Position numbers and translations under genes: made by a program. DNA of 64,000 nt from Calcarisporiella thermophila CBS 279.70 (Eukaryota; Fungi; Calcarisporiellomycota), in assembly GCF_041956535.1 (NCBI RefSeq), contig NW_027192191.1:69702-133701 (forward strand). The letters are read 5' to 3'. Each line of letters opens with the position of its first letter. The first letter of the stretch is position 1. The notes under the pieces are model-generated. The model was not told the DNA's origin and did not search any database. It was given only the letters and a program-made list of their open reading frames with translations. This document shows, in pieces, positions 28,861 to 42,404 of the stretch.

Positions 28861-29354
28861 ATGGAAGCTGTCCAGACTTACGGTCGGAAGGTAATCATTT
28901 CTGGCAGATCTCTCCCATCATCATTCTTCTAGATCTAATATTTATCCATATCCTTGGATAGAAAACTGCCACTGCCGTTGCTCACTGCAAACGCGGAAAC
29001 GGTCTCATCCGTGTGAATGGCTCTCCTCTTGAACTTCTCGAACCCGAGATTCTTAAATTCAAGGTCTACGAGCCCATTCTGCTCGTTGGTCAGGACAAAT
29101 TTGCAAATGTTGATATCCGTGTCCGCGTAAGCGGTGGTGGTCACACTTCACAGGTGTACGCAATCCGACAGGCCATTGCTAAGGCTATTGTTGCCTTCTA
29201 CCAGAAGTATGTCGATGAGGCTTCCAAGAAGGAAATCCGCGATATCCTTGTGCAGTATGATAGGACGCTCCTTGTGGCAGACCCTCGCCGGTGCGAGCCA
29301 AAGAAATTCGGAGGACCAGGTGCCCGTGCTCGTTACCAGAAGAGTTACCGTTAA
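28861..29354 (+). CDS. RPS16: 40S ribosomal protein S16 (uS9); one coding intron plus a probable 5'-UTR intron (~28763-28854)
   Basis: [10 protein letters not shown]|[53 protein letters not shown]. Confidence 0.98.
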
Positions 29355-29695
29355 ATTTTTCAAGTGGTTGGAGTTTGGGGGGATATTGTCTGCTTTTTTT
29401 TTATTATACATTGTTTCTCACTTTTAACTTCTGTCATTTTTCAAATGACAAATAAATCTATTTCTTTTAAACGAAGTTACTTAGGCATTATCCAGCCAAG
29501 ATGATGCCTCTCACTAGTCTGATAGTATTTAATTTGGCCCATTTTATCATTCCCAGAACTTTTTAATATTAGTCAAAATTGCCTGTACAAAACACGAAAG
29601 AAGCAAATGAGTAGAATGCACACTCGCACATACACGCATACAGGCAGAGAACAAAAGGTAGATGACAATTAAAATAAAACTCTCTGCTAACTGCC

Positions 29696-30151
29696 CTATT
29701 GTCGCGTAGCACGACCACGTACGCCCCGTCCGCCCCGTCCTCTTGCTTGAGCTCTTGCAACTGTAGCTCGACCCCGCCCCAATCCAATCCCGCGACCCTT
29801 AAGTGCACCAGGCCCAACTTTTTTGAACATGGGCGCATTTTTTAACATATCTGGGATGATAATGAATCGGATGTGCGATCCACGAATGTACACTTGGTCA
29901 AGTTGAGAAACTTGACCGTCGCGTGCAGTGACGGTAATTTCTCGAAGCTGGCAGTTCATATTATCTTCGGCTAGATTGAATGAGGGAATAAATGTTAACT
30001 ACACTTAAAAATCATTCATCCCTTAAAAAAACATAGATCGAGTACCTGCTAAAAGTTTCCCGCGGTACGTCTGACCATTATTTAGCTCAAGAGTAATAAT
30101 GTGACCCGTAGCTTCGTGCAGAAGTTTGATAGGAATACCAATCGTCGCCAT
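29696..30151 (-). CDS. SMD3: Small nuclear ribonucleoprotein Sm D3, 2 exons
   Basis: [46 protein letters not shown]; RG-rich tail. Confidence 0.97.
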
Positions 30152-30268
30152 GATTCCTGATTTATCCCTGATCTACAAAGTGAAAAACTACATTTGATTT
30201 ATTTTGTTGTATGAGGCGCAGCATTCTGAAATCAACGTTACAAATCAAGTGGCAAACGTACTATCCTA

Positions 30269-30296
30269 TTCCTTGGTAGAATTTCCTTGGTAGAAT
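30269..30296 (+). repeat. 14-nt tandem direct repeat (TTCCTTGGTAGAAT x2) in the SmD3/HUL5 bidirectional promoter
   Basis: Read directly from the sequence. Confidence 0.7.
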
Positions 30297-30367
30297 CTCC
30301 CTTATTTTTTATCCTTTACCATTACATTCTCATTCCCTTCTCCGTCTACTACAAACTATAGAATAGA

Positions 30368-33300
30368 ATGAACTATAGTTTTGAGGGTGATTATAAATCG
30401 AAACGGAACATCAGCCTGAGCGGGGTTCGAACGCAACGTGATAGACAAAACCTACTTCAACAGACTCAAAATGAAAGACAGGCACGAGAAGCTGAGCGCT
30501 TAAAGCAACAGGCAGCAGTGAAGATTCAAGTGAGCAAAATATTTGACACAATATTCTTGGATATATCCCACTGATTTTTACTTTCAAATATCCTCAAAGG
30601 CTTTTTATCGAGGCAGAAGAACTGCAGCTCAGACGTGCGCACAACTGCGCTCCTTCTGGTCGCAAAACTATAGCGACTACATCAGATCTCCTAATAATGC
30701 AGAGGCGATATCCAATCTTACAAGATCACTGCTTTTTTTTTACTCCCCATCGAAAGACGATGAAAAGCTTAAGGATCTTTGTACGATTCTAAAGGATAAG
30801 GAGAAGCTCATAATGCCATTTATTAACGAGTCGGAGGACGAAGAAATTGTTGGAGAAAGATGGTCGAGAATGTTGGGGAGATTAGGGATTTTGATTGCAA
30901 AGCGGATTGACGAGGTCTCGGAGTAAGCTGCATTATATATTTCTAAAATAAATATGCATACACTAACGAATATTTAATGTATATAGTCGAGTAAAACTTG
31001 AATATATCGGAGTATGTATGGATGTACTATGTGTGGTAACAAATCCTAGCATATATGATAAGCTGTCGAAGATGGATGCAAGTGTAGATGGAAAGTTGGT
31101 ATCTTATGTAACTTTATATCCATTTGCAATTGATTAATGCCCTTCTTTTATTCTAGAGAATTGCACAAGGATATTACAAATTATTTAATTCGTAATGAAC
31201 TATTCGCAATGTTGAGAAATATCATAACGAAATATGTAAGTCATTCATTTTTAAATCTATAATCATTTTAATTAATCAACTTTTATGCTCAGAAACCGGA
31301 AGAAAAACCCGTTAAATTTGTTGAGGCCTCTATACAGTCCATCTCTAACTGTATGCGATCATTTGATCAGTCTCAGTATGCCAAGGATCAAACAATGTAT
31401 TCCCTGATCACCAATATTCTCACTCTTCCACTTCTTCCTAATCGAGTAACCATCCCCACCCTCCAAACATTTTCCATTCGACTACCATTTGATTCAATTC
31501 TTGCGCATCTTGCGACAGTCAACTTGTTGGGGCTTAAGGGTGAGACTGCTCTCTCACTTTTAGCAAACCTGCTGGCATTTGGGCATGGAAGAGTGCAACG
31601 TATGCGAGAATCAACTTTGATGGCCTATATGAAAGCTATCCTAAATGTGATGGTTCTGCTACCGGATTGGTATTTTCCACGAACACAGGGAAAATCTGAT
31701 AACGACATCGAAAACGATTTCGACGAAGATGAGGATGAGGAAGAGAAACAAATAACTGATCCAGAATATAAAATTGACTCGCGTATGTCAAAATGGTTAG
31801 CACTTGCCTACGATTCAACGCATATAGACTCATTACTGTTTCCACGTTTTCAAAAACCTGATACCTCTCCCGCATTGCTGGGACGCATGTCGAGCTACGT
31901 TCTTGGTGTAATGTCGGTATGGCCTAATTCAAGAAGTGAACTGATTCATAAGTTGACTATGGCGCCATCAGAAGGAGGCTCCCCGGTGCGACTACTGTAT
32001 GATGTATTTTTAACCGGGCAGCTGGTGGAAAGATTGCAGTCGAAAAATATTTTGCTGAGCGTGTTCGATGGTAGTCTCTCGAATTTATATGAATCTGGCC
32101 TATACCATTGTCTCTCTAACTTATATAACTATAGATGCTTCCTTTAACGATGAATGGGCTACTCTTCTTCTCTTTTCAGAAATTCTAAACTCAATTCTCC
32201 TCACAACCGGCGACGACGAATTTTTCAATCCTGCCCGCTTCCCGCTTGCGCTTTCTGAAATAGTGAACCTTTCTATTATAACCAGAAATGTTGCATATAC
32301 TCTTTTCTGGAATGACGGAACTGCTCTCTCCATGATGCAACGCCTTCCAAATACAACGCTACTCCTTGGATATTTGCGAGAAGTTATGGTTAAACTTACA
32401 GAGCATATTCACGTGCGCGATGCAAGGCGAAGATTCTGCCCGAAAGATCATTATCAGATAACAACTACAGAATTGAACACAAGTCAGTTCATTACCGCGG
32501 CTATCGATGAATACGAAGGATTAGAGGAGGAAGAAGAAGGACAGGAAAAATTGGGTATACATACTGGCCCTGCTTATTCACCATCATCTTCATCTTCGGC
32601 AAAAAGAGGCCACTTTACCTCATCTGTTGCTTCAATTAAGCCACGCCTTGCAATTTTACATAATCTTCCCCAACTAATTCCCTTCTGGGATCGTGTCACT
32701 CTCTTTCGTGAACTTGTACGGCGTGATCGTATGAGATCTGGCTTGAACGATGAAGTATTCCCTGTTGCTCGCGTTACAATTCGACGAAGCCATGTTGTGG
32801 AAGATGGATATACGTACCTTAACGCACTTGGTTCGAAATTAAAAGGAAGGGTGGCGATTAGCTTTGTAGACCAATTTGGTCTGGTAGAAGCTGGGATCGA
32901 TGGTGGTGGAGTCTTCAAAGAATTTTTGACGACGTAAGTGAATATTTTTTTATATTTTGAGCACTTGAAAATTACATTTTCTTTTTTTTTTTTAGTTTGA
33001 CACGCCAAGCTTTTGACACAAATTATGGCTTGTTCTTGAGCACCAAAGAAAATCTCCTCTACCCCAATCCTCAGAGATACGCCACGGAACCTCTACAACT
33101 TAGTTATTATGAATTCTTAGGACGCATTATTGGCAAAGCACTCTATGAAGGTATACTTGTCGATGTTGCTTTTGCGGGTTTTTTTCTTACCAAGTGGTTG
33201 GGAAAGCAAAACTACTGTAAGTACTTTCTGTATATCAAAACTCACTTTATGTAACTAATTTATGAATATGGATATGTGTTTTTCAAGTGGATGACCTGCC

Positions 33301-34051
33301 TTCGCTCGATTCCGATTTATACAAGGGCCTGATTGCCCTTAAACATTATGAGGGCGATATTGAATCAGATTTTGCAGTTAATTTTACGATTAACGATGAT
33401 GGTATGCCTTTTGTTTTAACTTTCAGTATCTCAATCATGACTAAACTTTTTATCGAATTCACTATCACATTGAATACAGAATTTGGTGAATCGAGAACCA
33501 TTGAACTTATCCCTAATGGCGCTAACACCACAGTAACAAAGGTGAACCGAATTCGATATCTATATCTTGTCGCACACTATCGCCTCAACACACAAATTGA
33601 CGCTCAATGCCGCGCATTTTTCCGTGGCCTTTCGGATTTGATCGATCCAAAGTGGTTACGGATGTTTGATCAGCAAGAGCTTCAGCAGCTGCTAGGAGGT
33701 GCTTCTGTACCAATAGACTTGGCGGACTTGAAAAACAACACAGTGTACCATGGTTATACCGCTGAGGACACTGAGATTCAGGCACTCTGGCGGGTGCTGG
33801 AAGGTTTTAACGATGAGCAGCGCAGGCAATTTATCAAGTTTGTTACAAGTTGTGCTCGACCTCCGTTACTTGGGTTCAGAGAATTACACCCTCCGTTTTG
33901 CATACAAAACGTGGGAGAGAGTGATGAACGTTTGCCGACCGCAAGCACCTGCATGAACCTATTAAAGCTCCCAAAGTTTCCGAATGAGATTATTTTGAGA
34001 GAGAAACTTATATACGCAATAAACGCTGAAGCCGGTTTTGACCTGTCTTAA
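30368..34051 (+). CDS. HUL5: IQ-HECT E3 ubiquitin ligase (UBE3C/Hul5-like)
   Basis: FEGDYK.KRNISL, IQ motif KIQAFYRG, EAGIDGGGVFKEFL, FVTSCARPPLLGF, RLPTASTCMNLLKLP, AGFDLS. Confidence 0.92.
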
Positions 34052-34245
34052 CCCTTGACTCATTCAGCAATGGAAGCCGATCTTGGCACTTTTATGCGGA
34101 TTGCTTGACATTTCTTGTATCTGTTTTGGAATACACTTTATTGTAACTCTGAATATTACTACTGCTTTTTTATAAAGAGGGAAAGGAGAAATAAAAAGCA
34201 AATAAATAGTACATAAATATCTCTATATTTCTATGTTCTATTAAG

Positions 34246-35887
34246 CTATTTTTCAGTGAATGCACGATTTAATGCTCGGCTGCGGACGCCTAGCAATTTA
34301 CGGCGTCGTCCTTCTACGAATTTCATAGATTCTGCATAGGTACGAGGAATCACCCTAGGGACTTTGACTCCATCAGGTGCCTCCCACGTGAAATGGAACA
34401 CGTTCGTCCGTTTGCGGTCACCAGTTTTCACATCCATCACGTCGGCTTCAACGCTCACCTGGAAACTTTTATGCTCTCCTCCTTCTGCATAAGTAATCTC
34501 CGAGACCAGTTTCAGCACGCTCCCGATGGGGACAGGTGCATGGAAGGAAATTTGGTCAAGCGCTAAGAATTTGGGGTGCGTACCGAGGAACAAGGAAGCG
34601 TTACTTAAAGCAAGTTCGTGTGCACGTCGCATCAGATATCCTCCAAAGATAAAGCCATGTATATTACGATCATCAAATTGCATGAGATACACGCTCTCCA
34701 TGCGCGTCGAATTCATCCAACATGTTGCTGGAGGGAGAGTAATTTTACCAGAAGGATCTGCAATTATTATCAAATATTAAAGTTAAAATTAAAATAAGAA
34801 TATAGCCCCATATGCTTTGAAAAATTGTAGCTCCATTTACCGTCATATTTAGAATACTCCAAATACAAATCATGAACCAATAGACGTTCTTCTGGGGTGG
34901 GAGGACGGCGAGTTAGTGCTTCTTCCGCTGCCACGCGCTTGCGCTGCTTCATCTCCTCTCCCAGCTGGAATAGCCGTCGCTCTGCTGGCGAGTCGAGTCG
35001 AAGAGGGTTCACCTGGGCCGAGGCACCCGTTGCAGCATCTTTGGCGACCATTGTGAACCGAGCGAGAAGAACGGTATCGTTACCCGCTCGGATGATTCCG
35101 CCCGTTTCGTTTGATATATCTTTACTGCTATTGTTATCAGTTTCAACAGGCAATCGTTCCATTTTCATAAAAACTTCAATAGACGAATAGCCGACATAAG
35201 TAACATGGCCTGAAAGTTTATAATCCGTTTCCAAATCGTAGTCGCTTAACATCTCGATCCTATCAACACTTGCAGTAACAATGGTCAAGGGCCGTGAGTT
35301 GGGATGCCCATCATCAGCATGTTTGTAGGCAATGACACCGGCAAGACTGTCCAGATCCTCCCAGAGGCGACCGAGACGCATCTTTCCAAATGCACCACAA
35401 TAGAGTTCTGCAACCGAAGGATTCGATTTGACAGGAAGAATTTCCTCAACATAGGAATCCTTCCTATTGATGGGCACCAATAGTAGAAAGCATCTCTCAG
35501 CTGATGTAGCCTTATTTTCAATAAAATGATTACTTACATCCTTTTTAAAACAATTTCACGAGTGAGCTCCTTTGCATTCGAAGGCAAGGGCTTGGTTTTA
35601 AGAGCAGAAAATGTATCCAATAAGGATGATAGCCGTTCATAGCGGTTTATAGGGGTCATTGATGATGGAAGAACTATAAATGATCATATTAAATTCAATA
35701 CCTCGGCAACAGATATCCTTTTATGTAAAGAATGATCATCAGTTGGGGAGAAATTACCTTTTGCTCTCAGTTCATCCTTCTTCAACCTGGATCCATTAAA
35801 CTGCATACGTGGCATAAAGAATGATGGATTTTTTAAAGATTTGGTGGCCACATTTTGCCTTAGAAGTGTACTAAGGAAATGCCTCAT
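34246..35887 (-). CDS. Mitochondrial acyl-CoA thioesterase, ACOT9-like double hotdog fold
   Basis: Arg-rich presequence; RMKDSYVE, GRLWEDLDSLAG, TIVTASVDRI, DRNIHGFIFGGYLMR, TNVFHFT, PRTYAESMKF. Confidence 0.9.
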
Positions 35888-36002
35888 TATTGATCTCTTC
35901 TTTATTTCTCACGAAATTTTTGACAATCGAACCATCATCTTTAAAAATCGGAATGGCATTTAAAGGGTACTAAGCCACACATCAACAATTAGTTGCCACC
36001 AA

Positions 36003-36726
36003 TTAATTAATTTTGCTTAGAGTTGAGTCGAGGTGGCGAGTCATGGGCACATGCTCGGTCTGCATATCAAGGAAAGTGACCAGCTTGTCATTTTCTTTAT
36101 CCACGGTCAACTCCCTAGACGGAATCAGGTTAAGGCTGTTGAAATAAAAAGAAAATAGTGTACATTTTACCTATTCCATGCTACCACATGTCCCTATATT
36201 CGATTTAATTAGAGCATTTGCTTTCAAAATAGTAACTTAATCGCCAAAACTTACATTATCGCTTGAAACGCGCGCAATGCTTGCAGTTTTTAGTCGCAGA
36301 GTGGTACCTTCGAGTACCCCCTCCTCTACCGCAGTCAATCCTGTTCCTTGCGCCACAAGCAGGACGATTTTTCCGTTTATGTAATTGAGGAAGCCGCTTT
36401 CAGTGTGACGATGTCGCTCTGGATCTTCTTTATACCAGGTATCCTGTCTAGTGTGCGAAAGTTAGTTTCAGACGTCCTATAAGCAAGTAAACAAATACAA
36501 AGCACTTCTACTTGAAAGTGAGTATGTTTCTACCATAGGGATCTAACTCGAAGGTAGTGCGCTCAACATATTCAAACGGCATAGCAGTGGGGTACTGACC
36601 TGAGTGTGGGAATTTTTGTGGTTAAGTGCTTTGGTAAAAAATAAGAGTAAGCCTTTATTAACCGTAGCCAAGTCCTTCCCAAGTGCCAATCAAAAATTGA
36701 AGTGGGTGCTGATGCTGTTGCTCCAT
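36003..36726 (-). CDS. Nitrobindin (THAP4-like heme-binding beta-barrel, DUF1794), 159 aa; exons 36726-36663, 36599-36512, 36447-36255, 36193-36171, 36114-36003
   Basis: Hand-spliced exons total 480 nt in frame: LQFLIGTWEGLGYGQYPT..FEYVE, HTESGFL, VAQGTGLTAVEEG, SIARVS, and MQTEHVPMTRHL (heme His). Confidence 0.9.
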
Positions 36727-36999
36727 ACTGCGATGAATTGCAATGAAGTTTTAATTTTATCACTTATTCTTTTACACAAATTTTCTTTGAGGTGTTCTTT
36801 TCACTTCCCGGGATATCGCACGTGATTCGTATAAGCTCTGACTCATACTACAGCAGAGCACGGGTAGAGAAACTAAGATCTTATATCAGGAAGCGCATAG
36901 TGGAAGCGCGGCGCAGCACCAAATTAAAAATCTCTTTAATTCTTTTTTAACGAATTATAGTTGAGACTCTTTTCATCAATATGTACTTAAATCCCCATA

Positions 37000-39900
37000 A
37001 TGGTTGTCCCGATAACTGATACACGAAATGGTATAGCTAATAATGTTGATTACGGCGATTCACCGCGGGATATTTTTCCTATGGAAGTAACATATGAGAG
37101 TGAGGACGATGATGGAGAGGCCTCATTCTATCGCGAAATGTCAATAAGAATTAACGAGCCCGTTGGAAGTATGTCCATTTCCCCGTGGTCCAGAGATGTC
37201 GTGCTAGCCGCGTAAGTACTTGTAGAATCATTTCAAATCATTTTAACTTAAATCAATGCCATTATCTGTATCCTTAGCCGAATGGGATTGTTCATTATTG
37301 ATTTGGAAAATCCCTATGAAACTCCGCGTTTACTTCGACATCTTACTAAATGGGAAGTTGCAGATGTTCAGTGGAACCCACACAAGGCGCGAGATGTTTG
37401 GATCGCCTCAACTGTAATATAATTGCCTTTTTTTTATACGACCAATCATTTTCTAACTAATTTTTAAAATTTATCGTTTTAAAGTCAAATCAAAAAGCAC
37501 TGGTGTGGAATCTTTGTAGAGATGGTATCCAAGCTATTGAACACATCCTGCATGGAGAACATGGCCATACAAGGGCAATTAGTGATATCAATTGGTCACT
37601 TTTTGATCCATACATGCTAGCGACCTGCTCAGTAGATACCTACGTACACCTGTGGGATTTGCGGACGCCAACACGACCAGTTCAATCATTTTCTGCCTGG
37701 ACAGGTGAACAATTCTGAAAAAATATCTGTAAGTAATAGATACTAATATTTTACAATATTCTAGCTGGAGCAACTCAAGTAAAATTTAATAAAAAGAGCG
37801 AGTTTTTGTTAGCCTCCGCACATGATACAGATGTCAAAATATGGGACCAAAGAGTAAGCTAGTAATCTAAATAATTACTGCGTTTTGGATGGTTTTTGAA
37901 GCGTTTGTTGACTTGCTAGAAAGGATCTCTCCCAATTACCAATATCAAAGCGCATACCACTAAGATCTACGGCATCGACTGGAGTCGCACTTCGGAACGT
38001 AATATTATTACATGTAGTCTAGATAAACTCGTCAAGTACTGGGATGTATGGGAGCCCAATGAGTGCCAAGGGATACTACAGACAAATTCACCAGTTTGGA
38101 GAGCGCGCTATTCCGTAAATGCTGAATATTTAAAGCATATCAAATATATTACATTCTCATCCGTGAATTGTTTTCCTCTGCTTGGGATTTCATTATAGCC
38201 ATTTGGTGATGGTGTTCTTACTATGCCGCAACGCATGGATAACAATCTCTATTTATGGAACTATCGTGAGTCGACTGGTAAACCAGCTCAAGTCTTCTCA
38301 GGGCATACTGATACTGTGAAAGAATTTGTGTGGCGAGTTCGTGGTGGATATGATTCTGATGTTGGTAGGTGACTAATGCTATTGCTTGAATTTAATTTTT
38401 ATTGAAATATTCTTTTCTCCAGATGACAGAGAGTTCCAACTGGTTTCTTGGTCTAAGGATAGACACCTGCGACTTTGGCCAATTACAGATGAAACATACA
38501 GAGTAAAATCATATTGGATTGTTGATTACATCGAGCTTTGGTCTCAATTATTGTAACTTTAGGCATTAAACTATGTTAAGCAAGCCTCTAAAGCACATAC
38601 AGCCAGCTCACTCAGTAACTTTTCATATCGCCGTCCGCCTCCTCTCAATGACGCAAATGCCACCTCTCCGTCACCTGCGGAGTCTACTTTGCGCGTCCTC
38701 GCTGGCAATCGTCTTGCAACGATGTCACCACTGCGTACTCCGGTGAATAGTTCGCAGAGCAGTTATACAGCAGGTCCAGGAAACTCCATGTACAAAGGAC
38801 GCAAATTTTTGTCCCCTCTGGCATGGATGCAAAATATTCGAGTAGTAAAGCCGGCAGGAGATGTAAGAGTGAGCGACACTGGCGCAAAATCCCATGGCCT
38901 TGCAGAAGAAATTTCTACCCTTGTTCACACACTCCCTAACGTAAAATTCGAAGATGTCAATGTTTCCAATAGGAAATGCACCATCTCGCTTTATGGGCCT
39001 TGGTCCGATAGCGGTATAGCATTTCTTCGTGTGCATGTCACATTTCCGGCACAATATCCGGAGCGTCCTGCTTCTTTTGATATTCAGAAAACGGGCATGA
39101 TTTCGATGGTAAACCGGGCGCATCTGGAAGAAAACCTGTCCCATATTGCGGCTGTACATGCTTCAGAAAGGCGGCCCTGTCTGGAGGCATGCATCAGATA
39201 TTTGCTTGGTGAAAGTCAGCAGAAAGACGAGCTCATGGAAGAGAGTGATGATGATTTATTTATGTCACGGAAGAACACACCAGATGAGGAGCACATGCCT
39301 CAGGGAAGAGACGATCAGAACGTGCCATTTCCACGGATGTGTGGAGCCACTTTTTCGGCCGAAGGCTATTTAGTGTGCTTTTTTTCTCCAATACGGATGC
39401 ATGGAAAAGACACCAAGGGAGCAGGCGTAAAGAAAACTAATGGAAGGTTGTCCACTTCCCCTGCGATTGGATTTAGCAACTACACACATTCGCGTTCATT
39501 CGAGTCCTACGAGGCATATAAAGCATTGTCGCGCTGGCCACAAGATATTCATATACGGCGCTCTGCGAGAATCGGTGGAGGAGGCGGTGGCGGCGGAGAA
39601 AGCGAGGCCGACTCGGTGGAAGAGTACGAGGAGGATGAGGAGGCTCGTATGCTCTCATTGATATTTAAACCAAAGGATGTAGTGCTTAGTGGGAAAATGC
39701 CTGGAAAGGGGTCCCGGAAAGGATTGAGGGATATGGCGGGTGAAAATTCAGCTGGTGGCCGGGCCAATTTGGGACAGAGAGTTACAAGTATCAACGCAGC
39801 TGGAGAGAATTCATCCGGCATGTCGATGAATCACTTAGGGTTTGCGGTAGTGGTCCATAATCTAAAGCATTGGACGCCTTTCAGTGCTGACCTTGCACGG

Positions 39901-42001
39901 AAATATACGTAAGCATAATTTCTTGTGTCTTTGGCGAATTGAGAGCCTCTTCTGGCCATAAATGCTAATATTTCATTATTTTGCGCTCTAGTCTCCTTGG
40001 AGATGACCCTGTTCAGATTTGTATGCATAATGCTTCCGTCGCCAAGCAATGCATGCGATCGGATCTTGAGCGGGTCTGGAACCTTGCTGCTTTGATACTA
40101 ATGTGTCAGAGCGACAATAGCCGATCGGATTTTTTAGCAGACCCGATCGTTTCTTTGGATCGCAAACTGCAAATACAACGTCTCTCCAGTGAAATTGGTC
40201 TTAAACACAACTTCCCTAAGAGCAAGCCCAATGAATACCCAGCTGGTTTAGAAGGCATATATGAGATGCTTGGACAAGCAATGGCTTCACGAAAGACAAG
40301 TTGGGGGGGGCACCCCTTTGGAAGGAAACTAGTAAACAATCTGCTAGCGCATTTTACAAAATTGAAGGACGTGCAAACATTAGCAATGCTGTCTTGTGTG
40401 TTCATGGAGCCGTTTGTTGCTGACCGGTCGAAGCCAGAGAACGCTTCCTTGGTAAGGATGCGAGGATGATATTCTGTACAAATATTTTTCACTGATAGTC
40501 TGGTATTGCATTAAAGGTCGAGGCTCGCTCATCCAAAAACACCCGAAACTCGTACATGGATTACATTGTGAACAAAGGCGCAGATCGCCAGCAGCATCCG
40601 CAAGTCTATTCTGGCAACACCTCTGCTATTCTCCCCTCCTCTTATGCAATGCAAATGCTGCCAACCCCATTTCCCCGTACACCCAATCCCGGCGTCTTCC
40701 CTTTCCCCGGATCTGGCCCAAGCACGCCAACACAAGGGATGAGCGAATCAATATCCTCGCAACGATCTTCATACTTTGCAATTCCAGTGAGTGGGTCGCC
40801 TGCAACGGGTGCTACTGGCGGCGGCAGTGGAAGCGGGATGCCTAGTGGAGGAGGACCAGGCTCACCTTCGGCGGTAGTTGCGGGTCAAGCGAAGGATCTG
40901 GATCAGTTTATGCGAGCCGTTTCGGCCACGACGGCTACAGCCATGGCACAAGGGATGACGGTCGCAGTTGGGGCGGAACACCCTTCTCGCCTCTCATCCG
41001 AAATCACCAATCCACACCCTATCCCATCACAGCGCCCTTCGGTGTCGAGCTCTGCTTCTAGGAAAACTGACACAATGTACACTGGGATGGGGGTCGGAGG
41101 GATCGGTGGGAGCTCGGGTAGCTCACCACCAATATGGATGCGGCCTACTGGCATTGGCCAACGAGTAGATGCAGGAGGAGAAGAGTCGGCCCAGGGTCAG
41201 AGCACTGTCAAGGTTTATAAGGCAGATGGGATCATGATAGAATTTGTGAACACGGAGCGCTTTGATGAGCCCTGGCCTGTCGATGTGCCACTTCTCGATC
41301 CGATGCAAGCGCCACAACTTGATGCCTCTCGACTTTTCTACGCTGGCTTATTATACCAGTGGGGTCTTCTTGAAGCCCGCGCAGAACTCTTGAAGTTTGT
41401 GAGTGTTGCACTGCGACCTTCCCCCAAACAGGTAATGCTCCGAGCACAAGTCCCAATCGTGCAAGAGCAGATTCCGCTACAATCCCAATTGAGGAACGAG
41501 CAAAATCAAACCGGAGGAATCACATTCGATTGGAATCTAATGGATCCTTCAGGGAGACTCTCTCTCGGAGTGTACTGCCAGATCTGTCAATCGAGCTTAT
41601 TACACCCCAATCAATGTTGCCCTCGATGTCAGCGTGGGCATTCGATCCCTATGTGCTCTATCTGTCTCTTGCCTGCGCGTGGTCTGACGAGCTTTTGTTT
41701 ACGATGTGGCCATGGTGGGCACGCGCAACATATGCGAGCATGGTTTGAGGGGGATGGGGTCAATAACACCGAGGAATGCCCGGCCGCATGTGGATGCCAG
41801 TGCGGAAAACATGCAGGCGGGATATTTTTACATAGTGATACTGCTCAGAAAGAGATGGAGGTGGATAGTGTGGTGAATAGTGAAGTAGGAGAGGTGGGAG
41901 AAGGCCCTGCAGCAATTCAAAATATCTCTCTCTCCTCCAGCCCTATCCACGGAACGAGTAGTGGTTTTGAGGAGGAAGGGAGGATCGGGGTTGCTTTTTA
42001 A
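37000..42001 (+). CDS. MTC5: GATOR2/SEACAT subunit WDR59/Sea3 (WD40 + RWD + C-terminal zinc-ribbon RING)
   Basis: WEVADVQWNPH, HTRAISDINWS, WD repeats, RWD FLRVHVTFPAQYP, NVPFPRMCGATFS, C-terminal CSIC..CGHGGH..H..W..CP..CGC.C. Confidence 0.9.
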
Positions 42002-42227
42002 ATTCATGAACAAACACAACAGATTTATTCTTCAATTAATTTTTTACTCTTATTTTTCTTGTATATCGTTTCTCTTATTTTTGTATCCTGCAGACTCATT
42101 TATTGCGTTTCTCAATGTTCCTCGATTCCTGTTCATGTTCTTCCTCTTCTATTTTTATGTAATCCTACAATTGTGGCTTGTTTCTGAGTGCGAAAATTTA
42201 TTTTTGTCGTGGGGCTCTGCGGATTCA

Positions 42228-42235
42228 CCACGTCA
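42228..42235 (-). promoter_or_regulatory. UPRE-like element TGACGTGG upstream of ERO1-B
   Basis: CCACGTCA on the plus strand, ~170 nt before the ATG at 42405; matches the XBP1-type UPRE core. Confidence 0.45.
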
Positions 42236-42404
42236 ATTCTAATGCGATTTCATATAAGAGGTCTTTACTCCTGTGTGTTCCGGATTTCGGATCTATATAT
42301 GACCAACCTCTCTGAAAAGTACCCAATCAAATATTAAGTATATCCATCTCACCCCACCGTCGCTTCTCTCCTTTTCTCTCGCTCCCAGAATCTATTCTAT
42401 AATT

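Noticed and set aside
36305-36618. 11-bp inverted repeat TACCTTCGAGT/ACTCGAAGGTA plus an Sm-site-like AATTTTTG, suggesting a structured snRNA or telomerase RNA
   Set aside because: Both arms lie in nitrobindin coding exons and the Sm-like site is in its intron on the opposite strand; no snRNA or template motifs were found.
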